A DNA stretch of 64,000 bases from Rhodoferax sp. (GTDB lineage: Bacteria; Pseudomonadota; Gammaproteobacteria; Burkholderiales; Burkholderiaceae_C), in assembly GCA_031428695.1 (NCBI GenBank), contig JANOYE010000093.1, positions 2,700 through 66,699 of the forward strand, given 5' to 3'. The position numbers were made by a program, and so were the translations under genes. Below, piece by piece: positions 8,749-18,501 of the stretch (the first letter of the stretch is position 1; each line of letters begins with the position of its first letter). The notes beneath the pieces were generated by a model that saw only the letters and a list, made by a program, of their open reading frames with translations, was not told the origin of the DNA and searched no databases.

Positions 8749-9233
8749 TCTCGCGAGACACCTGGGAGCTGTGGAGTTTTATCGTTACCACGTTGGGCTT
8801 GCCGTTCGGCATCGGCATTTTTCTGTGGCAGCAACGCAAAGAGCGCGAAAACGAAGACGAAGAGGGATACCAGTTGCTGTCGGACGCCTACAACGATTTT
8901 TTGAAAGTGGTGCTGGCGCATCCCGACCTTCAGTTGCGCAGCAACGAGCCGCTGCAGAACCGCTCATCTGAGCAAAACGAACGCATGCTGGTGGTTTTCG
9001 ACATGTTGATTTCGCTTTTCGAGCGGGCCTACCTGGTGGCTTACAAGCCCACAATGAGCGAAGAAGAGCGACGCCGCTGGAACAGCTGGGACGACTACAT
9101 GCGTGAATGGTGCCGCCGGGATGATTTCCATAATGCGATGCCCTTGTTATTGCGCGGCGAAGACCCTGATTTTCAGGCCTACATTCGCCGCGTGGCCACC
9201 CAAGAGCGCGGAAGTTTGATCCAATCGGGGTAG
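8745..9233 (+). CDS. Hypothetical protein with one N-terminal transmembrane helix
   Basis: 162-aa ORF whose ATG overlaps the aceK stop (ATGA). Hydrophobic [22 protein letters not shown] is followed by a charged soluble region. I do not recognise the family. Confidence 0.5.
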   Translation: MISRDTWELWSFIVTTLGLPFGIGIFLWQQRKERENEDEEGYQLLSDAYNDFLKVVLAHPDLQLRSNEPLQNRSSEQNERMLVVFDMLISLFERAYLVAYKPTMSEEERRRWNSWDDYMREWCRRDDFHNAMPLLLRGEDPDFQAYIRRVATQERGSLIQSG

Positions 9234-9266
9234 CGCCCAGCGGCTGTGGCCCACGCTCCCAACCTG

Positions 9267-9308
9267 TACATCTGCCCTTACATCCACCTTTACATCCACC
9301 TTTACATC
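9267..9308 (+). repeat. Four phased 12-bp direct repeats (TACATC core)
   Basis: TACATC at 9267, 9279, 9291 and 9303, exactly 12 bp apart. Units 2 and 3 are identical (TACATCCACCTT). The array ends 3 nt before the thiolase AGGAG Shine-Dalgarno. Confidence 0.6.
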
Positions 9309-9322
9309 TCAGGAGTATCCAA

Positions 9323-10504
9323 ATGAATGATCCCATCGTCATCGTCGGCGCAGCCCGCACCCCTATGGGCGCTTTTCAGGGAGATTTTTCCTCCCTGTCA
9401 GCCCATGATCTGGGCGGCGTGGCGATCAAGGCCGCTGTGGCCCGTGCTGGCATTTCGGCCGATGCCGTCAATGAAGTGCTGTTTGGCAATTGCCTGATGG
9501 CGGGCCAGGGCCAGGCGCCGGCCCGCCAGGCGGCCTTCAAAGGCGGTTTGCCCAACAGTGCGGGCGCTGTCACACTGTCCAAAATGTGCGGCTCAGGCAT
9601 GAAGGCGGCCATGTTCGCACACGACATGTTGCTGGCCGGCACGCATGAGGTGATGGTGGCAGGTGGCATGGAGAGCATGACCAACGCGCCGCATTTGCTG
9701 CTCAAGGGCAGGAGCGGCATCCGCATCGGGCACGACCGCGTGATGGACCACATGATGCTCGACGGCTTGGAAGACGCTTACGAAGCAGGCCGCTCCATGG
9801 GCACGTTTGGCGAAGAATGCGCAGCCAAATACAACTTCACGCGCGAGCAACAAGACGCGTTTGCCACCGCGAGTGTGCAGCGCGCCCAGAAGGCGACCAC
9901 GTCGGGCGCCTTCTCGGCAGAAATGGCCCCGGTCACAGTGAAGGGCCGTGCCGGCGACACGGTGATTTCGATTGACGAAGGCCCAGGCAAGATCAAGCTC
10001 GACAAAATTCCCGCTTTGAAGGCGGCGTTCAAAAAAGACGGCACCATCACGGCGGCCAGCAGCTCCAGCATCAATGATGGCGCGTCTGCGCTGGTGATGA
10101 TGCGCGAATCGACCGCGAAGAAGTTCGGCTGCAAACCGCTGGCCAAAATTGTCGCCCATGCCATGCACGCACAAGAGCCCAACTGGTTCACCACGGCGCC
10201 GGTTGGTGCTGTTCAAAAGGTTTTGGCCAAAGCGGGCTGGAGCGTCAAAGACGTGCAGTTGTGGGAGGTGAACGAAGCCTTTGCCGTGGTGCCGATGGCG
10301 CTGATGAAGGAGTTGGGCGTCAGCCACGACATCGTCAACGTCAACGGCGGCGCTTGCGCGCTGGGGCACCCCATTGGCTCGAGCGGCTCGCGCATCATGG
10401 TGACGCTGATGTATGCCATGCAGGCGCGCGGGCTCAAAAAAGGCGTGGCGACACTGTGCATTGGCGGCGGTGAGGGCACGGCCTTGGCGCTGGAGATGGT
10501 TTAA
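9323..10504 (+). CDS. Acetyl-CoA C-acetyltransferase (thiolase II)
   Basis: Thiolase signatures LSKMCGSGMKA (active-site Cys), NVNGGACALGHPIGSSG and CIGGGEGTAL. AGGAG RBS. Confidence 0.9.
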   Translation: MNDPIVIVGAARTPMGAFQGDFSSLSAHDLGGVAIKAAVARAGISADAVNEVLFGNCLMAGQGQAPARQAAFKGGLPNSAGAVTLSKMCGSGMKAAMFAHDMLLAGTHEVMVAGGMESMTNAPHLLLKGRSGIRIGHDRVMDHMMLDGLEDAYEAGRSMGTFGEECAAKYNFTREQQDAFATASVQRAQKATTSGAFSAEMAPVTVKGRAGDTVISIDEGPGKIKLDKIPALKAAFKKDGTITAASSSSINDGASALVMMRESTAKKFGCKPLAKIVAHAMHAQEPNWFTTAPVGAVQKVLAKAGWSVKDVQLWEVNEAFAVVPMALMKELGVSHDIVNVNGGACALGHPIGSSGSRIMVTLMYAMQARGLKKGVATLCIGGGEGTALALEMV

Positions 10505-10566
10505 ATGCTGAAAATAATCGTGTATTATGAATATTTGTGTTTATTATGATTATTTTACGTTTTGAT

Positions 10567-10611
10567 AATCATCTAAATATATAGCAAATATTTAAATAAA
10601 TACGTGACTTA
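10567..10611 (-). repeat. 45-bp AT-rich composite motif, copy A (partial: lacks the distal TAGC)
   Basis: Minus strand reads TAAGTCACGT-N16-GCTATATATTTAG-ATGATT. It lies in the AT-rich island 10505-10684. Confidence 0.7.
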
Positions 10612-10684
10612 AACCAGCTAATAGTGTATCTCTATATTTGAAAAATATTTATTTCATGCTTAAGCGCAAGCTTCGATCCATCCT

Positions 10685-11812
10685 GTGATCCTCTCCTCTG
10701 AACAAGAAATGGTTCGCGATGCCTTGCGCGAGTTTGCGCAAGCGGAGTTGTGGCCCAACGCTGCGCGCTGGAGCCACGAGCGGCACTTTCCAAGAGAAGC
10801 CCTGCGGGGCCTGGCCAAGCTGGGCGCCTACGGCATCTGTGTGCCGGAAGAGTTTGGCGGGGCGAACCTCGACTACCTTTCACTGGCCCTGGTGCTCGAA
10901 GAAATCGCGGCGGGCGATGGCGGCACCAGCACCATCATCAGCGTGACGAACTGCCCTGTGAACGCCATCCTGCTGAACTACGGCAGCGCCGAGCAGAAGA
11001 AAAAATGGCTGACGCCGCTTGCGCAAGGCAAGTTGCTCGGCGCGTTTTGCCTGACCGACCCGCACGTGGGCTCGGACGCCTCGTCCCTGAAAACCACGGC
11101 AGTGAAGGTGGGTGGCGACTATGTGATCAACGGCGTCAAGCAGTTCATCACCAGCGGTAAAAACGGCGACGTCGCCATCGTTATTGCAGTCACCGACAAA
11201 GGCGCAGGCAAAAAAGGCATGAGCGCCTTTTTGGCGCCCACCGATTCACCCGGTTACGTAGTGGCACGTCTTGAAGACAAGATGGGCCAGCACAGCAGCG
11301 ACACGGCGCAGATCAATTTCGACAACTGCCACGTGCCCAGCGAGAATTTGATTGGTCAAGAGGGCGAGGGCTACAAAATTGCCTTGGGCGGCTTGGAAGG
11401 CGGGCGCATCGGCATTGCCGCGCAAAGCGTTGGCATGGCGCGCAGCGCGCTCGACTGCGCCATTGCCTATGCCAAAGAGCGCACAAGTTTTGGCCAAAAC
11501 ATCTTCAGCCACCAGGCGGTGGGTTTTCGGCTCGCCGACTGCGCCACGCAGCTCGAAGCGGCGCGGCAACTGATCTGGCACGCCGCATCGCTGCGCGATG
11601 CTGGCAGGCCCTGCCTGAAAGAAGCCGCGATGGCCAAGCTTTTTGCCAGTGAAATGGCCGAGCGGGTAAGCAGCGCCGCGCTCCAGACGCTTGGCGGTTA
11701 CGGGTATGTGAGCGACTTTCCGGTCGAACGCATCTGCCGCGACGTGCGGGTGTGCCAGATTTACGAAGGCACCTCCGACATCCAGAAAATGATCATCCAA
11801 CGCAGCCTTTGA
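10685..11812 (+). CDS. Acyl-CoA dehydrogenase (short/branched-chain type)
   Basis: Full-length ACAD similarity ([32 protein letters not shown]). GTG start at 10685; the next ATG is at 10709. Confidence 0.9.
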   Translation: MILSSEQEMVRDALREFAQAELWPNAARWSHERHFPREALRGLAKLGAYGICVPEEFGGANLDYLSLALVLEEIAAGDGGTSTIISVTNCPVNAILLNYGSAEQKKKWLTPLAQGKLLGAFCLTDPHVGSDASSLKTTAVKVGGDYVINGVKQFITSGKNGDVAIVIAVTDKGAGKKGMSAFLAPTDSPGYVVARLEDKMGQHSSDTAQINFDNCHVPSENLIGQEGEGYKIALGGLEGGRIGIAAQSVGMARSALDCAIAYAKERTSFGQNIFSHQAVGFRLADCATQLEAARQLIWHAASLRDAGRPCLKEAAMAKLFASEMAERVSSAALQTLGGYGYVSDFPVERICRDVRVCQIYEGTSDIQKMIIQRSL

Positions 11813-11818
11813 GTCCAA

Positions 11819-13114
11819 GTGCCCTCCCCAAGCGCCCTCCCCATGACCCAGAAACTGACCGCCGAGCAGGTAATGAGCTTGTTGCACGAGAACCTGGGCG
11901 CCGCCGTCAGCATCATGGATCGGGAGTTCAACCTCAGATACGTCAATGTCGGATTCGCGCAAGGCTTTGATGAAAACCCGCAGGCGCTGGTGGGCCGCAA
12001 CATTCGAGACGTCTACAGCGATTCCGACTTCGCCGAATTTTCGCCTCATCTGTACCGCGCCTTGTCCGGCGAAACAGTGAGTTACGAGCGGGTAGGGCGG
12101 CTGCGCCAGCGCCGCGCCATCTGGCGCACGGTGTCTTTGTCGCCCTGGCGGGATGCCGGGGGCGGCGTCGCCGGCATCGTCATGTCGTCGCTTGCTGTGC
12201 ATGAGCTCATGGTTGCCACCGATTCGCTGCGCGCAGCCAATGAACGGCTGTCATCACACATGGACAACAGTCCGTTGACGGTATTTGAGTTCGATGCCGA
12301 TTTGCGTGTCACGCGGGTCTCCAGCCGCGTGCAGGAGCTGCTGGGAATGCAGCCCTCGGAGGTTGTCGGGCACGGGTTGTGGGCGGTGGTGGGCCAAGAG
12401 CCGCAGTCCGAAGACTTGAGGGCCGCGTTCGCCCGCTTGCAGAGCGGCGAAGAAACCAGCAACCGGGTCGTCTCAACACACCGCCGCGCCGATGGCGCCA
12501 AGGTATTTTGCGAATGGTTCAATTCCGCCTTGATGGGGGTCGACGGACAGGTGAGCTCCTTGATGTGCCTGGTGGAAGACCGCACCCTGCGCGTGCTGGC
12601 CGAGTCGCAATTGCGCGTGCTGGCGATGACAGACCAACTCACCGGGTTGCCCAACCGCACGGCGTTCATCGAGAAGCTCAAAGGCTCGTTGACCCGTGCC
12701 GTGCGAAGCCGTCAGGCGGTGGTGCTGCTCTTCATCGACCTGGATGGATTCAAGAGCGTGAACGACAACTTCGGCCATGCCAGCGGCGACGAAGTGCTGC
12801 GCGAAGTGGCGCGGCGCCTTCAAAGCGCCATCCGGGACTCCGACGCAGTGTGCCGCATGGGGGGCGACGAATTCGTGGTGCTGCTCGACACCGAGGTGCA
12901 GGAGGCCACGGCCGAACGCATGTGCAAGCGCATCTTGGCCGTGCTGGGGCCGCCGTGTGTGTTCAGCAATGGGCAGGCTTATGTCGGCGCGTCGATTGGT
13001 GTGGCCAGGCAGCCGCCCTTGTTTGTTCAGCCGCATGAGCTGCTGCAACGGGCGGATGCTGCCATGTACGAGGCCAAGCGCGCGGGCAAAGGCAGGGTGA
13101 GTTTCGCCACTTGA
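11819..13114 (+). CDS. PAS-domain diguanylate cyclase (GGDEF)
   Basis: Two PAS-like segments followed by a GGDEF domain (LTGLPNRTAF, RMGGDEFVVLL) with an RxxD I-site (RDSD) 5 residues upstream. The start codon is uncertain. Confidence 0.85.
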   Translation: MPSPSALPMTQKLTAEQVMSLLHENLGAAVSIMDREFNLRYVNVGFAQGFDENPQALVGRNIRDVYSDSDFAEFSPHLYRALSGETVSYERVGRLRQRRAIWRTVSLSPWRDAGGGVAGIVMSSLAVHELMVATDSLRAANERLSSHMDNSPLTVFEFDADLRVTRVSSRVQELLGMQPSEVVGHGLWAVVGQEPQSEDLRAAFARLQSGEETSNRVVSTHRRADGAKVFCEWFNSALMGVDGQVSSLMCLVEDRTLRVLAESQLRVLAMTDQLTGLPNRTAFIEKLKGSLTRAVRSRQAVVLLFIDLDGFKSVNDNFGHASGDEVLREVARRLQSAIRDSDAVCRMGGDEFVVLLDTEVQEATAERMCKRILAVLGPPCVFSNGQAYVGASIGVARQPPLFVQPHELLQRADAAMYEAKRAGKGRVSFAT

Positions 13115-13211
13115 CGCCCGGCCAGGCGCAGTGGCATTCGCCGCGTGGCTGCAGGGCAAATAATCCAAACATTCACATAGTCATCTTTCAACCAGCCTTC
13201 AAGGAGCACAT

Positions 13212-13622
13212 ATGCCTATCACCAAGGGCTTCCGGCAATTCGTCGATGAAGCCATGAAAGAAGTCAAGACCTACTCGGTTGCGCAGGTGCAAGCGCGCCT
13301 GGGCCAGCCGGGTGTGCAGATCGTCGATATCCGCGATGTGCGTGAGTTGAACGACGGCACCATCGCGGGCGCATGCCACGCGCCGCGTTGCATGTTGGAG
13401 TTTTGGGTCGATCCAGACTCGCCCTATTTCAAGAAGATGTTCGCCGACGAAAGCAAAGAATTCATTCTGTTTTGCGGCGCTGGCTGGCGCAGCGCGCTGG
13501 CCGCGAAGACCTTGCAAGACATGGGCATGACCAATGTCGCGCATATTGGCGGTGGTTATGGCGATTGGGTCAAAGCCGGTGCACCGACTGAGACGCTGGC
13601 GCAGTACAAAGCCCGCAAATAG
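13212..13622 (+). CDS. Rhodanese-like domain protein
   Basis: 136-aa single rhodanese domain with an active-site loop (LFCGAGWRSA). GGAG RBS. Confidence 0.8.
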   Translation: MPITKGFRQFVDEAMKEVKTYSVAQVQARLGQPGVQIVDIRDVRELNDGTIAGACHAPRCMLEFWVDPDSPYFKKMFADESKEFILFCGAGWRSALAAKTLQDMGMTNVAHIGGGYGDWVKAGAPTETLAQYKARK

Positions 13623-13631
13623 GCGCGCCAC

Positions 13632-14300
13632 ATGACGAGGTTCCAGGCGGTTCTATTTGATTGCGACGGCGTGCTGGTGGACAGCGAGCCCATCACCAAT
13701 GGCGTCTTGCGTGAAATGTTGGCCGAGCGCGGCTGGCACATCACCCAAGAAGAGTGCATGCGCACTTTTGTCGGCAAGGCATTGAAAGATGAAACGGCGC
13801 AGATCGAAAAACGCACCGGCGCTGCCGTGTCCGCGGCGTGGCTTGCCGAATTTGCAGAGCGCCGAAATGCGGCGCTGATGCTGCGCGTTCTGGCGGTTCC
13901 GAACGTGGTTGACGCGGTGCGCCAGATCCACGCGGCTTACCCAGGGCGGATTGCCTGCGCATCAGGCGCCGACCGGCGCAAGGTCGAGTTGCAGCTGCGC
14001 AAAGTCGGGCTGTTTGACTGTTTTGAAGGCCGCATTTTCAGCGGTTATGAAACACCACGATCCAAACCTTTTCCGGATGTGTATTTAGCCGCCGCAGCGG
14101 CACTCGCTGTCGATGCGGCCCATTGTGCGGTGGTGGAAGACACGGTGCCGGGCGTGACCGCCGGCGTCTCGGCCAAATCAACCGTGTTTGCCTATTCGCC
14201 GCCCAGCACGTTTCATGTGAGCCCGCAGCAGTTGCGGCAGGCAGGCGCACATCACCACTTCGTGGACATGGCCCATTTGCCGCCGCTTTTGGTGGCGTGA
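13632..14300 (+). CDS. HAD-superfamily hydrolase (subfamily IA phosphatase-like)
   Basis: Motif I LFDCDGVLVDSE and C-terminal VEDTVPGVTAG. Confidence 0.8.
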   Translation: MTRFQAVLFDCDGVLVDSEPITNGVLREMLAERGWHITQEECMRTFVGKALKDETAQIEKRTGAAVSAAWLAEFAERRNAALMLRVLAVPNVVDAVRQIHAAYPGRIACASGADRRKVELQLRKVGLFDCFEGRIFSGYETPRSKPFPDVYLAAAAALAVDAAHCAVVEDTVPGVTAGVSAKSTVFAYSPPSTFHVSPQQLRQAGAHHHFVDMAHLPPLLVA

Positions 14301-14347
14301 TGGCCTGGCTGCGGAAAATTTAGAAGAAGAACACGGAGAATTTTCAA

Positions 14348-15970
14348 ATGGCGATTCTGGAAACCAAACTCAATGCGCGGTCTGCCGACTTTCTGGCCAA
14401 TGCTGCTGCCATGCGCGCCGTGGTGGAAGACCTGAAAACAAAGATTGCGCAAACCGCTTTGGGCGGCGGCGACGCGGCCCGCGCCAAACACACGGCACGC
14501 GGCAAGTTGTTGCCACGTGAGCGGGTGCAAATGCTGCTCGATCCCGGCACGCCGTTTCTGGAGTTTTCGCCCCTGGCGGCGATGAACATGTACCCCGACC
14601 GTGACGGCACTGACAGCGCCCCGTGCGCGGGTGTGATCACCGGCCTTGGCCGCGTCAGCGGTGTCGATTGCCTGATTGTCTGCAACGACGCCACGGTGAA
14701 AGGCGGCACCTACTACCCCATGACGGTGAAGAAACATTTGCGGGCGCAAGAGATCGCGCAGCAGAATAATTTGCCGTGCATCTATCTGGTTGATTCCGGT
14801 GGCGCGAATCTGCCGAACCAGGACGATGTCTTTCCTGACCGAGACCACTTTGGCCGTATCTTCTACAACCAGGCGAACCTCAGCGCGCAGGGCATCGGCC
14901 AGATCGCCGTGGTGATGGGCTCCTGCACAGCAGGCGGCGCTTATGTGCCTGCGATGAGCGACGAAACCATCATCGTCAAAAACCAGGGCACGATTTTTCT
15001 GGGCGGCCCGCCCTTGGTGAAGGCGGCGATTGGCGAGATTGTGTCGGCGGAAGATTTGGGTGGCGGCGACGTGCACACGCGGTTGTCTGGCGTGGCAGAC
15101 CACTTGGCGCAGAACGACCCGCATGCATTGGCGTTGGCCCGGGCGGCTGTCAAGAATTTGAACAGAAACAAGGTTTCAAGTCTCGTAAAACAAGCGTCAA
15201 TCGCTCCTAAATATGTAGCGAAAGAAATTTACGGCGTCATCCCTGTTGACACCCGAAAACCGTACGACGTGCGCGAAATCATTGCTCGCATTGTTGATGG
15301 CTCCGAGTTTGATGAATTCAAAGCGCGTTTCGGCAGCACGCTGATCTGTGGCTTTGCCCGCATTGAAGGCATGCCCATTGGCATCGTTGCCAACAACGGC
15401 ATTTTGTTCAGCGAATCGGCGCAGAAAGGCGCGCACTTCATCGAGCTGTGTTGCCAGCGCAAGGTGCCGCTGTTGTTCCTGCAAAACATCACCGGTTTCA
15501 TGGTCGGGCGCAAATACGAGAACGAAGGCATTGCCCGCCATGGCGCGAAGATGGTCACCGCTGTGGCCACCGCGCAAGTGCCCAAATTCACCATCATCAT
15601 TGGCGGCAGTTACGGGGCGGGCAACTACGGCATGTGCGGCCGCGCCTATTCGCCGCGCTTTTTGTGGATGTGGCCCAACGCGCGCATCTGCGTGATGGGC
15701 GGCGAGCAGGCCGCCAGCGTGTTGGCCACCGTGCGGCGCGACGGCATCGAGGCCAAAGGCGGAACCTGGAGTACCGATGAGGAGTTGAAATTCAAGCAGC
15801 CTATGCTCGACCAGTTCGCCCTCCAGTCGCATCCTTATTACGCCAGCGCCCGACTGTGGGACGATGGCGTGATCGACCCGGCGGACACGCGGCGCGTGTT
15901 GGGGCTGGCCTTGTCAGCATCGCTGAACGCCCCGATTCCAGATACTAAGTTCGGTGTGTTCCGGATGTGA
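14348..15970 (+). CDS. liuB: Methylcrotonyl-CoA carboxylase, carboxyltransferase (beta) subunit
   Basis: Full-length carboxyltransferase similarity ([41 protein letters not shown]-terminus). liu context. Confidence 0.9.
   Translation: MAILETKLNARSADFLANAAAMRAVVEDLKTKIAQTALGGGDAARAKHTARGKLLPRERVQMLLDPGTPFLEFSPLAAMNMYPDRDGTDSAPCAGVITGLGRVSGVDCLIVCNDATVKGGTYYPMTVKKHLRAQEIAQQNNLPCIYLVDSGGANLPNQDDVFPDRDHFGRIFYNQANLSAQGIGQIAVVMGSCTAGGAYVPAMSDETIIVKNQGTIFLGGPPLVKAAIGEIVSAEDLGGGDVHTRLSGVADHLAQNDPHALALARAAVKNLNRNKVSSLVKQASIAPKYVAKEIYGVIPVDTRKPYDVREIIARIVDGSEFDEFKARFGSTLICGFARIEGMPIGIVANNGILFSESAQKGAHFIELCCQRKVPLLFLQNITGFMVGRKYENEGIARHGAKMVTAVATAQVPKFTIIIGGSYGAGNYGMCGRAYSPRFLWMWPNARICVMGGEQAASVLATVRRDGIEAKGGTWSTDEELKFKQPMLDQFALQSHPYYASARLWDDGVIDPADTRRVLGLALSASLNAPIPDTKFGVFRM
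15177..15221 (+). repeat. 45-bp AT-rich composite motif, copy H (inside the liuB coding sequence)
   Basis: CAAGTCTCGT-N16-GCTCCTAAATATG-TAGCGA. It encodes [16 protein letters not shown] in a variable linker of liuB. Confidence 0.7.
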
Positions 15971-15982
15971 TGGCAAAGACAA

Positions 15983-17119
15983 ATGACTGACAATATTTTC
16001 ATCACACCCGAGCACGAGTTGCTTCGGGAGCAGATCGCCCGGTTCATCGCCCGCGAAGTGGAGCCACATGCCGCCGCCTGGGAAGAAGCCGGTTTCACGC
16101 CGCGCGAGGTTTTGCGCAAGATGGGCCAGGCTGGGCTATTTGGCCTGATGTACGAGGCGCAATATGGCGGGGGCGAGGCCGACGCGTTGGCCAACCTGGT
16201 GTTTGCCGAAGCGCTGTCGCAATCCACTTTCGGCGGCTTCATCATCACGGTGCTGGTGCACACGGACATGGCCAGCCCGCACCTGCACCATGCCGGCACG
16301 CCTGCGCAGAAGGCGCGTTATTTGCCAGGCGTCATCCGGGGCGACACCATCACAGCGGTCGGCATCACGGAGCCCGGCGCGGGTTCTGACGTGGCGGGCA
16401 TGCGCACAACCGCGAAGCGCGATGGAGGCGACTGGGTGCTCAACGGCACCAAGATGTTCATCACCAACGGCGTGCATGCTGACCTGTATTTCGTCGCTGC
16501 CAAAACTGGCACGGCGCGGCATGACATGTCGATGTTCATCGTCGAAAAAGGCACACCCGGCTTTTCGGTGGGGCGGGCGCTGAACAAGACCGGCTGGCTG
16601 TCGTCCGACACCGCCGAGTTGGTGTTTGACAACAGCCGCATCCCTGCGGGCAATCTGCTTGGCGAAGAGGGCAAAGGCTTTTACTCGGTGATGAAAAACT
16701 TTCAGACCGAGCGCATTGCGTTGGCGGCCATGGCGGTTGGCCACTGCACGCAGGCCCTCAAACTCACACTCGACTTTGTGCGCCAGCGCCAGGCTTTCGG
16801 CGCACCCTTGTGGGAGAAACAAACCATCCGCCAGCGCATTGCCATGTGCGACGCCAAGACGCGCTCCGCGCGGCAGTTCATGTACCACTGCGCTTGGGGC
16901 GTGACACAGGGGCGCGACATTGTGCAGGAGGTGTCGATGCTCAAGGCCTTGACAGGCGAGCTCGTCAACGAAGTGCTGCAAACCTGTCAGCAGTTTCATG
17001 GCGGCATGGGTTACATGCGTGAAAGCCCGATTGAGCGCCTGTGGCGCGACGCGCGGGTGCTGGCGATTGGCGGCGGCGCCACGGAAGTGATGTTGGAAGA
17101 GGTTGCGAAAAGATATTGA
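15983..17119 (+). CDS. Acyl-CoA dehydrogenase family protein
   Basis: ACAD blocks ([32 protein letters not shown]). It occupies the position between liuB and liuD where liuC is usually found. Confidence 0.85.
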   Translation: MTDNIFITPEHELLREQIARFIAREVEPHAAAWEEAGFTPREVLRKMGQAGLFGLMYEAQYGGGEADALANLVFAEALSQSTFGGFIITVLVHTDMASPHLHHAGTPAQKARYLPGVIRGDTITAVGITEPGAGSDVAGMRTTAKRDGGDWVLNGTKMFITNGVHADLYFVAAKTGTARHDMSMFIVEKGTPGFSVGRALNKTGWLSSDTAELVFDNSRIPAGNLLGEEGKGFYSVMKNFQTERIALAAMAVGHCTQALKLTLDFVRQRQAFGAPLWEKQTIRQRIAMCDAKTRSARQFMYHCAWGVTQGRDIVQEVSMLKALTGELVNEVLQTCQQFHGGMGYMRESPIERLWRDARVLAIGGGATEVMLEEVAKRY

Positions 17120-17120
17120 G

Positions 17121-17148
17121 TGTGTACAATTAATAGTATTCATACACA
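17121..17148. promoter_or_regulatory. Inverted repeat upstream of vapBC (possible operator)
   Basis: TGTGTA (17121-17126) and TACACA (17143-17148) flank an AT-rich spacer just upstream of the vapB ATG. Confidence 0.3.
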
Positions 17149-17165
17149 TATTAAGATGATCCACC

Positions 17166-17405
17166 ATGCGAACCAACATCGTGATTGACGACAAACTCAT
17201 GGCTTCGGCCATGAAAGCAGGCGCATTCAAAACCAAGAAAGACGCGGTTGAGGAAGGCTTGCGTTTGCTCGCCCGCCGCGCGGCCTACCAAAACCTCCGG
17301 GCTTTGCGGGGCAAGTTGCAGTGGAGCCTGGAGGGCGATTGGACGCAATCGCAAAACGTGGTTCAGCAAACGGGTCAGCCCGGGTTCTCAACCCCCGCAA
17401 GATGA
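17166..17405 (+). CDS. vapB: VapB-family antitoxin
   Basis: MRTNIVIDDKLMASAMK N-terminus is typical of VapB-type antitoxins. Its stop overlaps the vapC ATG (ATGA). Confidence 0.75.
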   Translation: MRTNIVIDDKLMASAMKAGAFKTKKDAVEEGLRLLARRAAYQNLRALRGKLQWSLEGDWTQSQNVVQQTGQPGFSTPAR

Positions 17406-17809
17406 TCACCGCCGACAGCAGCGTCTGGATCGACTACTTCGGCGGCCGCGTCACGCCCGCCACTGGGCAACTCGACGTGGTGCTGGACGACTCCAGCCAG
17501 GATGTGGTGCTGTTGGACGTGGTGTTGATGGAAGTGCTGCGTGGTTTCCGTTTTGACCGCGAATGGAAAGTGGCCCGCGATGCCTTCGCTGCCGTGCCGA
17601 TCTTGACCGCAGGCGGTGAAACCGTGGCCATGAAGGCGGCCAGCCTCTACCGCATGCTGCGCAGTGAAGGCTCGACGATTCGCTCTTCCATCGATCTGTT
17701 GGTGGGCACATGGTGCATCGAAAATGATTGTGGATTGATTCACAGCGACCGTGATTTCACGCCCATGGTGAACCACGGCTTGCAAGTTTGGAGCCATGAA
17801 GGCGCATAG
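17402..17809 (+). CDS. vapC: PIN-domain toxin VapC
   Basis: MITADSSVWIDYF (first acidic residue), LMEVLRG, and IDLLVGTWCIENDCGLIHSDRDF. The start is moved to ATG 17402 within track ORF 17321..17809. Confidence 0.85.
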   Translation: MITADSSVWIDYFGGRVTPATGQLDVVLDDSSQDVVLLDVVLMEVLRGFRFDREWKVARDAFAAVPILTAGGETVAMKAASLYRMLRSEGSTIRSSIDLLVGTWCIENDCGLIHSDRDFTPMVNHGLQVWSHEGA

Positions 17810-17814
17810 TTGCC

Positions 17815-18492
17815 ATGGACACACTCCTCCAACTCTGGCAATCCATTGCCGGCCTGGCCCACAAAAACACCCAGGCGATGGACATGGCGCAGTTGCTGGC
17901 GCTGGCAGCCGCGCTGGGCTGGGCCAGCGGCTTGCGGCTTTATTTGGTGGTCTTCATCACCGGCATGGCGGGCTGGCTGGGCTGGTTGCCATTGCCCGCG
18001 GGTTTAAGCATCTTGCAGCACCCGGCGCTGTTGTTTGGCAGCGGTTTCATGGTGTTCATTGAGTTTTTTGCCGACAAGATTCCGGGGCTGGATTCTGTCT
18101 GGGACTTGGTGCATTCGGTGATTCGGGTGCCCGCTGGCGCGGCCTTGGCGGCCGGAGTTTTTGGAGCCGACAGTGCGACGATGGGCATGATGGCTGGCCT
18201 CTTGGGTGGCTCACTCGCAGCCACCTCCTACGCCACCAAGGCCACCACCCGCGCGGCCATCAACACCTCGCCCGAGCCATTTTCAAACATTGCCATGAGT
18301 CTGGTGGAAGATGGCGCTGTGGTGGGAATGATGTGGCTGGCCACCAACTACCCGGTTGCCTTTGGCATTGCGCTGTTTGTGGTGCTGGTGCTCAGCATTT
18401 GGTTGCTGATCGTCTTGATCAAATTTTTGAAATCCCTCATCCGGCGTATCCAGACCTGGTTTGGTGGTGAATTTATGGCCCCTTCAGGCTAG
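17815..18492 (+). CDS. Integral membrane protein (DUF4126-like)
   Basis: 225 aa with several predicted TM helices and Gly/Ala-rich segments. The family assignment is from memory and tentative. Confidence 0.6.
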   Translation: MDTLLQLWQSIAGLAHKNTQAMDMAQLLALAAALGWASGLRLYLVVFITGMAGWLGWLPLPAGLSILQHPALLFGSGFMVFIEFFADKIPGLDSVWDLVHSVIRVPAGAALAAGVFGADSATMGMMAGLLGGSLAATSYATKATTRAAINTSPEPFSNIAMSLVEDGAVVGMMWLATNYPVAFGIALFVVLVLSIWLLIVLIKFLKSLIRRIQTWFGGEFMAPSG

Positions 18493-18501
18493 AAAGAAGC
18501 G

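Noticed and set aside
10505-10549. 14-codon sORF (MLKIIVYYEYLCLL) starting directly after the thiolase TAA
   Set aside because: It has no RBS, lies in AT-rich DNA where short ORFs arise by chance, and is not conserved in the paralogous island B.
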